Part shown: one piece after another, positions 9,405 to 20,847 of the stretch
Position numbering within the stretch: the first letter of the stretch is position 1
Layout: each line of letters begins with the position of its first letter
Notes under the pieces: generated by a model
Told to the model about the DNA's origin: nothing
Databases searched by the model: none
What the model saw: only the letters and a program-made list of their open reading frames with translations
Position numbers and translations under genes: made by a program
DNA from: Azolla caroliniana
Taxonomy: Eukaryota; Plantae; Polypodiophyta
Reading direction: 5' to 3'
NCBI GenBank assembly: GCA_043228905.1
Contig: JBHGNT010000001.1
Coordinates: forward strand, 19,096,001-19,160,000
DNA: 64,000 nucleotides

Positions 9405-12200
9405 CTATTCTTCGTCCAAAATGTCCAGAATGCTCTATTCGAGAGGCTCCAATGGTTCATCTGGAAGTGGTTGTTGTTGTTGTTGTTGTTGCTGCTCTGT
9501 TGTTGTCTGCTGCGGCGGGTCCGTTGGTGGTTGCTGCGGCTGCTCCTCCGTTTGTGGCTCTGACACCGGCGTCTCCGTCGTTGCTCCCTGCGTCGTGGTG
9601 GTCTCCGGTTGACTGGTTCCCGGCTGGCCCTCAGCCGACGATGGTTCCTCATCACTAAGGTTAACCGTTGTCGCTTCCTGTGCTTTTTCTTCCCGTACCT
9701 AGGACCGCTCGTAGCTTTCAAACTGGATTTGAGCATCCAGCCTATCATCGTCCAGCTGAGCTACAAGCTGTCTGACCTGCGGCAGCTGTTCATCTGCCAG
9801 GACTTGGAAGTCGTCGGCCAGCTCGTCCCGTATGGCGGTGAAGTCCTCGGAAGTCAGCGTATAACAGTCATCTCCTTCCTTCCGCCGGTTTGCCACATTC
9901 GCCCGTAGCAACTGGAGTTCCGCCGCGTTTTGTGCCCACTTTGTCCACCATTTTCGAAGCTTTCATCAATCAAGTGCTTCGTCTGATTCAGCCATGCCCG
10001 GAGGATGGACTGAATCCGGCTCGTTCCCAATTGCGATTTGGTTTCTGCCGCTTGCCGTTCCTCCTTCAGTTGTTTGATGATTTTTACGTTGTCCTGCGCC
10101 TGCGCCTTGTAATGCGTCAGTTGCCTTTGATATGTACTTTGTAATTTCTGCAATACTATAGACGCTCTCTCTTTGTCTTCCTGCTGCTACTTCTGGAGCT
10201 CCATCCGGACCTTCTCTGCCTCTTCCAAGCGTCTTGTATTTTCCGCCCGTTCGTCGGCGATCGCCGTTGCAGCCCGATCAACTGCCTGCTGGAGCTCGGC
10301 CATCCGTTCTTTATTCTCTATTTCCAGCCGTTTGTAGTCCCGGTGCAGGTGCTCAAAATCATCCGTCTTTTGCTTGAGCCGTGCGTTGATCTGACGACGG
10401 GCCCGGTCCTCGCGGTCCTTCTGCTGGCGGAGCTCTTCCTTTAGCCGTTCTATCTCTGTTTCCGCCGTTTTCCGCAGCTTGTCCTTTTCCTGCAGCACTT
10501 TGTCTTTCTCCTCCTTTAGCCGGTCGTACGCTTGATGGCCTTTCCGAACGCTCTCCTCTGCCCGGCAGAGGTTCTCAGCAGTCTTCTTTAATTCGGCTTC
10601 GGCCGCCGTTTTCAATTCTCGTTCACGGCTCCTTAGCGCTTCTTGTGCGGCAAGTTCCTCTCTCAATTCTGCAAGCTCCCGAGCTTGCGCCGCATCTCTC
10701 GCCGGAACGGTTTCCGTTGCCGGGGTCTTATTCCTATGTACAGGTCGTTCCATTTCATTATTCTGTACACTTACCGAAGTCACCGGTGATTAGATCCGTA
10801 TTTTAGCCATCTCTATCGTGACCTGATCCAAATCTTTTTCAAGGCACCGGATTCTGGACCGGGCCGTCTCTAGTTGTTCGGTTGTGACGAGCAACCATTC
10901 GCTTTGCGCTCTTTCTTCCGCCTCTATATACCCCACTGCTCCAACTATCTTTTCGCCTATCCACCGGAGCCACAGGCTACCGGTGCCTTGTTGTACTTGC
11001 ACGGAGGTTTGATAGATGGGCTCACTTGTAGAGGGGTGGTCCCGCCTGGTTGCGCCGAGTTGCAGTTCCGTTTCTATCCGTGGACCATCCTGCTGTCCTT
11101 GGTCCCCTTGCGCTTCTTCTTGGCTGACCGAGGGAGGCTGCAGTGACCTTTCCGGCTCTGGTGGAATGGGACTTGCCGGTGTTGCCGGTGGTGCCGGGGC
11201 TTTTGTTTCCGGTTCCTTCTGCACCGGTTCCAGTTCCTTCCTTGGCGTACGAGTCTCAGTATGGGGAGCCGGTGTTCCCTCCGTCTAAGGGTCTGAACGT
11301 TTCCCGGCTGTCTCAACGGTCCTTGCCGACGACCGTCGCTGGAGGTGCTCCGTAGGCTCCTCCTCTATTCCCTCCTCCTGAGCTCCGGCATTGAGTTTTG
11401 CCGCCAAGGGGTCCACTTCTCGATTCACCGGTCGGCGGAGTGTGACCTTTATGGGTCGTGCCGGTGGTTCCTCCTGCGCCTCCGTTGGGCGCTTCCGGCT
11501 GCCACTTCCTGCTGCCGCCTGGTCTGCATCCACCGCCTGGTCTGCATCCACCGCCTTTCCCTTACTGGCCTTAGAGGCCAACAGCTGCTGCCGTTTGGAA
11601 GCCGTCCTTGGGGTGCCGTTCGGCACTCTTCCTCGCTTCTTGGGCTGGACGGTCTGAACGGGTGGCACCAGCAGGGTGAGCCACTGAGTTACGGCGTGCC
11701 ATATCCTTCGTCCGTCTCGGCCTTCTTTGTCGTCTTTGCCTCTAACGATCTAGATCGCCGCACACAACCCGTCTGCAATCAATACCGGCCAATCTACCTT
11801 GATCCCTTCATAGGTGGCGATGATAATCCCTGCCCGGTTCTGCGGCATGACAGGGGGTCTAGGGTATACGTGGCCGTATTCATGGAGGACACGAGCAATT
11901 TCGCGGAACAGCATATCTCCGCCGATCTGTGTCCGGTAGCCCTTGCTGGCTAGAGAGTACTCACCAAAATACATGATGAGTTGCTCCGGGGTTGGATTGT
12001 CGATCGTGAGTATGCCTCCCTCCGGAAGGCCTGTTAACGCTCGAATCGCCTCTGCCGTTATGACCTCTGTATCGATTTCCTTGATCACTTTGTCGGCTTC
12101 TTTGTGTGGCGGTACTTCCATCATCATCAGGAAGCCCTCGAGCCCATGTTGCTTCAGCCATGTCTTGGCGGCTTCCGACAGCGTTTACGGGTCCATGTCT
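9405..12200 (-). pseudogene. Extra ORF (~930 codons, coiled-coil rich) of element A
   Basis: ORF pieces 12185, 11750, 11285, 10790, 10187 and 9854 share one frame, broken by stops, with one frameshift near 9900. N-terminal ITAEAIRALTGLPEGG..VDWPVLI, long E/K/R/Q heptad region, poly-Q and acidic tail. Confidence 0.75.
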
Positions 12201-12570
12201 GTGTCGGGGTCGGACTGCGGTGGTGAGGATGGATGGTGATGAGAGCGGGGTTGAGAAAGAGAGAGTTCAGAAGGTGGGGGTTCTCTGTGCGCAGGTTCTC
12301 TTCTGATAATCTTGCAGCGTTTCGGTGCTTCTGTGCTCCTGGGTTCGCGAAAATAGAGGGTCTGTACGCGCAATGGTTTTTGTCTATGCATTCTGGTGCC
12401 TTTTCCGAGTGTGTGCATGTCGCGTACTTAAAATAGCATTATGTCCTGTGGTGGCGCTTTAAATGCCCACTACGTACCTTTTCGCTCCACGCTCTTTCAT
12501 CCATTCATTCCTCGCTTTTGCATGATTGTTTTTTTTTTTTTTTTCAGTTATTATAATTATTAGTGTGACG

Positions 12571-15500
12571 TCACATGTCTGTTGGTCCTCCCGGACCCTT
12601 ACCGGCCACATTCTCTCCGGTTACCGGCTTGCCGTCTCTGCCGTCTTCGTGGTTGCCGTCGGTCCTTTGCTCAAACGGGTTCTTAGGCATCGGTCCTCTA
12701 TATGCCTTTAACCGGAATCCATTCACCCATTTGCCCAGCACTTCGCCGGCAAGTGTCCCCAACTGGTAGGACCCATTATACTCCCGTGTTAGCCAATATG
12801 GTCCGGTCCATCTAAACCTTAGTTTACCTGGCATCTTGCCCATCCGGGTTTGGAATACTAGCACTGGTTTGCCAATTGCGAACATTTTTTCGTTACCTTT
12901 CCTGTGCCGGTCGACGAATGCTTTCCGTCATCGTTGCTCTAATTCTAAATGTAGGATGTTGGCCAACCGTTGTTCCTCCAGCTCACACAGCGCTGTCAAC
13001 CTTATTGTCTCCGACTCCTTCTCGTTCAGCCGTTCTCGTAGCTGAATCCGTAAGCTAGGTACTTGAAATTCTACCGGCATGACCGCCTCGAGTCCGAACG
13101 CCAACCGGAATGGTGTTGTTCGGATGCTCGTTTTGTATGCCGTCCGGTATGCCCAAAGCGCGCTATGTAGCTTTGTGTCCCAATCCGTCCGGTTCTCGTT
13201 GACGATCTTCCGAAGGATGTTCTGGAGCGTCTTGTTTGTTGATTCCGCTAATCCGTTCGCCTGTGGATAGTAAGGTGTGCTTCGTTTGTGGACCACGACA
13301 TAGAAGGTCGTTAGGCTTTCCACCCATTGTCCGAGAAAGTGCCCCCCTTGGTCACTTATCAATTCAATGGGGCATCCGTAACGGCACCAGATGTACTCAT
13401 ATAGAAACTTTGTCGTTGACGCAGCGGTGTTATCCCGTAAAGCTTTGGCCTCCACCCATTTCGTGCAGTAATCCGTAGAACCGATAACGTACCGATTACC
13501 CGTTCTCATTGCCGGTGGCTTGAACGGTCCTACAAAGTCCAACCCCCACTTTTGGAATGGCTCGAGTGGTAGTACCGGCTGGTGTGGCATACGAGCCTGC
13601 TCCGTTGGCTGGCCCATTCTCTGGCATAGGTCACATTCTTTTGCGTACCGTACCGCATCTCTTAATGTCGTTGGACACAAGAGGCCACTTTGCCATATTT
13701 TTCTGGCTGTCGCATCTCCGGCATAGTGACCTCCGGCAACTCCGCAGTGGGCTTCCCTCAGTATCAGTTCCTTTTCATCGCTGCGCACCGCCCGTCTCCA
13801 TATGCCGTCAGCTCCCTTGTGGTACAGTGTGTCTTGCAGTAAGCAGAAATGTCGGCTTTGTACCGCCAGGCGTTTCCATTCGTCCCGGTTCAGACTTGTC
13901 TTCTTGGGCCACTGTCTCATCTGCTGCCGTCTCCGTAGTGACTCGAAACAGCTCCACATCCGGAAACTCATCCGGTACTCCGTCACCCGTCTCTCCGGAC
14001 TCCAATCGGCTTAAGTAATCTGCTACGGCATGCTGTATACCGGGTCGGTGGAATATTTCAAACTCGAACTCCTGTAATAGTAAGGTCCACCGGGCCAATT
14101 TGCCGGTGAGTGACGCCTTGGACACCAGGTAAAGGAGTGCTGAATGATCTACATGGAAGGAAAACTTCCTTCCCAATAAATAGTGTCGAAACTTTGTCAC
14201 ACTGTAGATCATTCCTAGAACTTCCCGTTCCGTAGTAGAGTAGTTCCGTTCTGCTTGGGATAGCTTCCGGCTGGCATAGTACACTGGCCGGTACCACTTT
14301 GGTTCCGTAAGCTGCATCAGTACGCTCCCGATTGCGATGTCGGAGGCGTCCAGAACACGTGAAATTCTTTACTCCAATCCGGAGGTTGTACTACCGGTGC
14401 CTGCGATAATAGTACCTTGAGGGCCTTATACGCCCTATCCTCAGTATCGGTCCACTGGAATGGTGTCCGATATACGACGGCATACAACGGTGTAGCCAGG
14501 TCGGCCAAGTATGGGAGCATCCGGCTGTGCCACCGGATCTGGCCTACGAACCGGCTCAATGCCTTTGCCGTTGCCGGCGCAGGTGCTTCTAATATGGCTT
14601 TCACTTTGTCCGGGTCGACTGGTATACCTTCCTGGCTTACGATATGTCCTAATAAAGTTCCACTGGACACGCCAAATACACACTTTGCCGGATTCAAGCT
14701 TAGCCGGTACGCTCTACACTTTTCTAGACAAAGACGGAGGTGCTGAAAATGGTCCTCCTCCCGGCTATAGACGGCGAAATCGTCAAGGAAAACCTGCATA
14801 AAAGCCGGCATATATTCACCAAAGATTTCCATGATGATTCTTTGAAACGTTGCCGGTGCTGTTTTGAGTCCGAACATCATCACCACAGCCACAAACACCC
14901 CCCATTCAGTGACGAATGTCGTTTTCTCTTGGTCGTCGGGGTGCATCCGGATCTGATTATACCCGCTGAATCCGTCTAGGAAGCTATAGACCTCATGGCC
15001 GGCGACGGCATCCAACACTCCATCTGTGAACGGAAGTGGAAATGCATCCGTTACCGTAGCTGCATTGAGTTTCTGGTAGTCTACGCAAACTCGAATTTTT
15101 CCGTTCTTCTTCGATACGACTACGATCGGGCTCAGCCATGTCGCTTCTTTACCGGACGGATAAAGCCAACTCTTAGTAGTTTGTCGATTTCCTCCTTGAC
15201 TTTGGCGGCATAATTGGGATTCATCCGGTACCGTCTTTGTGCCACTAGTTTTGCGTCCTTGCTCAAGTACACCTGATGCTGGTATAACTGAGGGTCAAGT
15301 CCTCGCATATCTTCGTATGACCAGGCGAACACATCGCGGAATTCCGTGAGAAGTGTGATCATCACAGTTTTGTCTTCGGATTTCATCTCCTTGGCGATGT
15401 GCACCGGTTTTGCTTCGTCCGTGGTGCCTAGGTTCACCTCTTCCAGTTGCGACGCTTTCACGCGCTGTGAAACGGCCATTTCCCGTTCCAACGCTTCCTG

Positions 15501-18318
15501 GCTTGCCGTAACTCCCGGATTGCGTCTTTATCCGGTTCTGCTTCAGCCTCTTCCGGTTGCGGTAAGTATGGTGCTACTGTTTCGGCAATGTCAATTTCGA
15601 AGAGGGCTATGATCTTCGGGTTTTCCTGCAGGTACTGAGCTTCTTCTTCGTCCGCTAACCCTTCTAGCATGTTGACGCATTCCGCATACAACGGTGTACA
15701 TTCCTTGCCAGTGCTCGTCCTTGGCTGTGTTGGTACCCGTACCTTGGCTTTTCCTCGCCGAAAGGTAATTATATTTTTCCGCCAATTCTATTTGATATGT
15801 GCCGTTTTCAACCATGGCCGCCCCAGCAATAGCGGGTATGCGCCTTGTGCTTGTAATTGTAGCACTACGGCCGAGATGTGAAATGTATGACTGCCGACGG
15901 TGACTTCTAATTTCCGTATTAATCCTGTCGGCCGCACTGAGCTTGTATCGGCCATCCGCAACCAGAACGGACACGGCTCCCACTCGTGGATTCCTAGGTC
16001 ATCACACGTCTGGAGGCTTATTACATTCACTCCAGAGCCTCCGTTTATAACTGTGTCGGGGAGTTCTTTCCCCTTTACAATGGTAGTGATTACCGGACTG
16101 CTGGTGTCCACCACCGTAGGTCCCTCCTCCGGATTCGAGAAGAGTATCGGTGCCGGTGATGGTTCTCCTGCCGTCATGGTCGTCTTCAATCCTTCCGTGA
16201 ATCTTGGCACGAGTTGTAGGAGTCTTCCTAGTGGTAACATAATCTGGCATTCTTGCAACGCCTACCATGTCTCGTTCTCGGAGTGATTACCGCCGGCAAG
16301 CCCTGCGGTGTTCTCCTTTTGCCGCTGTAAGTTTGTGACATTCTGCTCGTTTGCTTTCTTTACCCATTCCGTTGCTTATTTCCGGATGGTCTCCTGTGTC
16401 TCCCATTCTTTGGCCATGCCCTTCAACCTTGTGGTCACCTGCTGCAGATCTGCCACCTCAGGGACTACCATATTTACCGCCAGTCGTTTTTCATAGCTCT
16501 TCACCGGGCATTGGTTACTATAATGGCCTTCCTGTCGGCAGTAGTAGCAGTAGGCTTTCCGGGTATTGCTAGATTCGGCATTGTCTGTTGTACCCGGGGC
16601 AGGTCCTGCGGTACGCGCGGGGTTTTGTACCGGTTGGCTGCCTGGAGCTCCTTGTTCCGGATCCCGGGGGTAGCCGCCTTTTTTAAAATGCCATTTTTTG
16701 TTATAGCTCTTCTTATTACGGTACTCTTGACGGGGTTGCCCGTTATATCTGCCGTATTCCTCCCGTTGCTGACGATACCCGGGGGAGTGCTCCCGGTCGT
16801 AATGTTCGTATCGTCTATTGTAATCTTGGTACCGATCATGCCGGTCATAGTTATCCTGCCAATCACCGTACCGGACATCATTTTCCCATCGATCGCCATA
16901 CCGGACATCATTTTCCCGTCGCTCGCCATACCGGACATCCTGTGCCGGTCGGTCACGGTCCATCGCCGCCAGCGTTCGTCTTCTTCATCCCGACTGCTGC
17001 GTGGCTCAATTTGTCGGACGGGCGGTGCTTGCCGATGCAACAGATTATACTCGCACCTATCTGTCGTATGGCTCTTGGATTGACAGATTACACATTGCGT
17101 CCTCATAGTGCATTCTAGAGCCGAGTGTCCGGAATTCATGCAGGTTGTGCACTGTATTGTTTGCCGAAACCGGAGGTCTTCATCGGACGGTAACGCCCGT
17201 TGAAGTGCTCCCAGTGTGAGCCAGGAGCTTGTCTTTTCCATCTCTCTCACCCGGTCAATGACCTGGTCGATGATACTTGTGCGGAAGTCGATTACCGTGC
17301 AAACCGTGCGTAGGGGTTCCCGGAGCGCGTTTAGGAATATAGTCCGTAATTCCTCTTCCGGGGGTGCGCGGGCAAGCTGACTATGCATCCGTTGAAACCG
17401 GATGACAAATTGGGGAATGCTCTCCCCTACCTCTTGCCGGATGGTATAAAATAAGCCTACCATTACGATCTGGTCCACCTCCTTTTGAAAAAAATGCAAG
17501 AATTTAGCTTTTAAATCTGCAAAGGTGTTGATGGTAGACGGGTCCTGCGTCCGGCGCCATCTTGCTGCCGGTCCCTCCTATGTGACACCAAATTCCGCTA
17601 TCTTAGAGCGTTCTTCTTCCTCCAGGGTCAATCGCTGGGACACATGGTTGGCTTCCCATGTCTGTTCAAAGGCGTGCACATGAGCTTCCGCGTCCGGATC
17701 ATCTCTATACTTGGAGTATTGGAACGGCATGTCGTCGTCGGGTATCGGTGCGCGGGTTGGTAGTGTTGGTGCTCGTTCCGGAATTTTCTCCGGCGTCGGT
17801 GGTCTTTCCCGATTTGTTTCCGGCGTCGGTTGTTTTTCCTCTTCCTTTGGTGACGAAGGCCTCTCCTCTTCGACTTCCGGTGTCGGAGGTCGGTCTTCCT
17901 CTGCTGGTTCCGGGGGTTCCAGCGTTAGCACTTCCGGTTCCGGTGTCGGTAAAGTATCTGATCCTTCGTCCTCCGGTCTGCCCGGGGTTTCGTTGCTGCT
18001 ACGGTAGTTCGTGTGCACGTTGTATTCCCCTTCGGAGTCCGATTCATATGCTGAAAAGGCTTCTGCTTTGCCTTCTCCGTTTGCCAACGCGTGGAGAAGG
18101 GATTCGGTTTCCCAGAGGCTGCTTAGGCTGCTACCGTCGTCCGGGTGCGATGTTTGCTGTAACCAAAGGGAGTCCTCCGCTACTCTCCAGATTACGTTGG
18201 AAAACGAGCGATCCACTCTAATTTCCTGCACCGCTTGCTGAAAAGCCTCGCGTCTCCTTTGCCTTTCGGCAAGGCGTCGAGTTCGATCTGTAACCAGGTC
18301 GTGCGTTGATCTAGACAT
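12571..18318 (-). pseudogene. gag-pol of element A (disrupted)
   Basis: Gag with CCHC knuckles (CYYCRQEGHYSNQC), PR (INGGSGVN, catalytic D to N), RT (FLDD), RNase H, and integrase HHCC/DDE/GPY-like tail (RWTGPY); multiple stops and frameshifts. Confidence 0.9.
16855..16945. repeat. 30-bp tandem repeat x3 in the gag of element A
   Basis: Encodes DVRYGERREN / DVRYGDRWEN / DVRYGDWQDN. Confidence 0.75.
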
Positions 18319-18353
18319 CCATCCGTGCCGTCGTTCGCTGCAAAAACAGGAAT

Positions 18354-18364
18354 CGTGGTCGCCA
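18354..18364 (-). other. Primer binding site of element A (tRNA-Arg-like)
   Basis: TGGCGACCACG 7 nt downstream of the 5' LTR; matches the recalled plant tRNA-Arg(UCG) 3' end over ~10 nt. Confidence 0.75.
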
Positions 18365-18371
18365 AAAACTG

Positions 18372-18805
18372 TGTTAACTCTTAGGGCCGGACAATGGCCT
18401 AACATAGGGTGTCTACGGGAGACACTTCACCAAAGGGTGTTACGGCGACCGGATTAGACTTCAACGCTTAATCCGACTTAATTAAGTTACTTATTAAGAT
18501 CGTCTTTCATAACACACGTAAGATATAACAATTACGACAGAACGGCAATTAACACAGAGAGATAACAACACTTAAGCTTTCATTAATTAACCGCTATCTA
18601 TTACATTGTATACGGGCCTTTAAATAGGTTTCCGGTCTGTATTACAAAACGGTGCCCTCCGCACCTATTCGGGATCGGTCCGGATCCGGAACGGCATACC
18701 GATTCCGGTCCGTCCGTCCACACTCATAGCTTAATTACAACCACATTCCTACTACTTAATTAGCTCTCCGTTTCCCACTCTGGACTCCTTTGCCGGCCGG
18801 TAACA
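18372..18805 (-). repeat. 5' LTR of element A
   Basis: Direct repeat of 8918-9350. Confidence 0.93.
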
Positions 18806-18918
18806 GTTATAATCTGGCTAGCGAGGCAAGATTAGTTGATGAAGGAGTACCACATGGGCCGTCCCCATACGAACCTCTATCGGATGGCATAATCTGATAT
18901 TCTTCCCAAGGAGAAGTA
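18806..18918 (+). mobile_element. Continuation of the LINE endonuclease fragment
   Basis: Continues FPPKGSHY as NLASEARL..SPYEPLSDGII*YSSQGEV, ending just before the expected GDFN motif. Confidence 0.7.
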
Positions 18919-19202
18919 TGTTACCCGGCCGGCAAAGAAGGCTTAAGGATGTCCATAGCACGACAGTACAACCGACGACGATGACGGACAACGACGAACG
19001 GCCAAAGGCAATAGTGCGGAAACAGATCTTGCAACACGCAAACGGCAGCAGACGGCAACAGACGACATCGGACGACAGTGCGACAACAGACGCGGAAGAG
19101 AGAGAGAGAGAGTGCAACACGGTAGCAGACGGCGACATACGACATCGGACGACAGCGGATGGCAGCGTGGCAACAGACAACACAACAGATGACAGCACGA
19201 CC

Positions 19203-19241
<39 letters not shown>

Positions 19242-19478
19242 TACAGAATGAGAAGAATGACAAAGAGAGGAAGAGTTGAGACACAGTTGAGGGGGTAACT
19301 TCAATATATTTTCTCTCTCTTCATGTGCCACGAGTGTGGATTTATATACTAAAAGATCTAATCATTACAAAAAGTTGAATGGACATAGGTACACCTATTT
19401 ACCCCACCTAACACTCACACATTCACATTCCATATTACACCTTACACACCATCTTCCACATTACCTATACAGGTAACA
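18919..19478 (-). repeat. LTR of gypsy family E (3' LTR)
   Basis: TGTTACC...GGTAACA 7-bp terminal inverted repeat; TATATAAA on the minus strand; internal (GA)n and ACG-rich repeats; followed after 2 nt by TGGCAAGCTCGTGGGAT. Confidence 0.75.
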
Positions 19479-19920
19479 CTTGGCAAGCTCGTGGGATAGT
19501 GCATTGCAGGTCGTGAGACTGTTTGGATGTGATGGGGCACATGAGTTGTTGTTTCTATGGTATGCACATACGCTCTTTTCGGGGCCAACACTCAGTCTGT
19601 TTGGTTGGCTCTTGGTCGACGCGTAGAGGACTCTCTGTTGCATCTCTTGCTTGGCCAACGTTTAGACATCACTTAGCCGACTTGCGGCTCTTGACCGTCT
19701 CGTGGCCATAGCATGGTAATCTCTCAGTTGTCTCTCGACTGTCTCTCGGCCATCTTGCTGCCCGGTCTTGGCTACATCACAGTCGTGCCGTACTCTCAGT
19801 CGTCACTTGGCTCTCTGCCGCTGCCCTTTTGTCCAATGCTCGACCATGGCTTGGCCGACTCTCTCAGCCATGGCTCGGCTTCTCAGTCGCTTTCTCAGCC
19901 ATAGTTGGGCTGATTCTCAG

Positions 19921-20034
19921 CGGCATACCGATTCCGGTCTGTCCGTCCACACTCATAGCTTAATTACAACCATATTCCAACTACTCAATTAACTCTCCGT
20001 TTCCCACTCTGGACTCCTTTGCCGGCCGGTAACA
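19921..20034 (-). repeat. Partial family-A LTR
   Basis: Near-identical to 9237-9350, ending in GCCGGTAACA. Confidence 0.85.
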
Positions 20035-20847
20035 CGCGCGCACTCACTATCCGATCCACAAGCGAAGCCATGGCTTCCACGAGATCCGACCCCCTCATCT
20101 TTCTATTCCTCTGCCGCCCATTCACGTCGGGTTCACCAAATAATGTCGCGTTGTTACGCGTGTGCGTGTAGAAGGGGCGGGACCACGGGGGTCTTGAACC
20201 GAGGAGCGAGAGAGAGAGAGAGAGAGAGACTTGTAGATATGTGAAGCGAGAAGGAGAGATATAGAACGTAACACTCGATTTCAATAACAAGAGTTTACAA
20301 CGACAAGAGAATACAATAACAAGAGAATACAAGAGAATATGACTCTAACGGTTACAACCGGTAAGGCGGCGATGGACCCGACACGGGGATCCTACTCACA
20401 CACACAGACAGCACTCGCTCAACTCCCAAAAACAAACAAAAAGGAGGAGGGCTTCTGTTGGAAGCGCACGAGCTGTCCACGAAGCAGAGCCAGCGAGCTT
20501 CCCACCCACAAAGACCGACGGCCGGAGGAGAAGAGAGAGCTTGGCACCCAGATTTGCAGCAGCACTTCGTCCTCCCTAGCGCGCAATACCCCCTTTTCCT
20601 TCCTCTCCCTCTCTTTTATAGCCCAAGGAGGGAGGCCGTTATCATTCGTTACATCATATTAATTCTCTGTCCTTTCGGACAAAGATACACCTCGATTCTC
20701 TCCCTATTAAATGCGTGCTACCTAGGATTTCATCTCAGCCGACTTGTACCTACCTACTTACTATACAACGAAAGTGTGCTCACGTGTAAGGGCCCGTTTA
20801 CACACGCTAAATTCGGTTTCCGCCTAGGGACGGTTTTCTTCACGACA
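20035..20847 (-). mobile_element. 5' end of a gypsy element: LTR 20144-20847, tRNA-Trp PBS 20121-20138, gag start
   Basis: TGTCGCG...CACGACA termini; TGGTGAACCCGACGTGAA is the 18-nt complement of the recalled plant tRNA-Trp 3' end; ORF start MASLVDRIVSAR. Confidence 0.8.

Larger units (their letters stand above)
8918..18805 (-). mobile_element. Full-length non-chromovirus (Athila/Tat-like) Ty3/gypsy element A with a 3' extra ORF
   Basis: Two LTRs (8918-9350, 18372-18805; TGTTA..TAACA), imperfect TSD ATTAT/GTTAT, PBS, gag-PR-RT-RH-INT order, extra ORF between INT and the 3' LTR; inserted in a LINE endonuclease that resumes at 18806. Confidence 0.93.

Noticed and set aside
9400-9420. Purine run GACGAAGAATAGGAAGGG (minus) as the PPT of element A
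   Set aside because: It lies ~50 nt from the LTR, overlaps the acidic ORF end, and is not conserved as a tract in family D.
18818-19331. Overlapping Cys/Arg/Thr-rich ORFs
   Set aside because: Low-complexity repeats inside the family E LTR.
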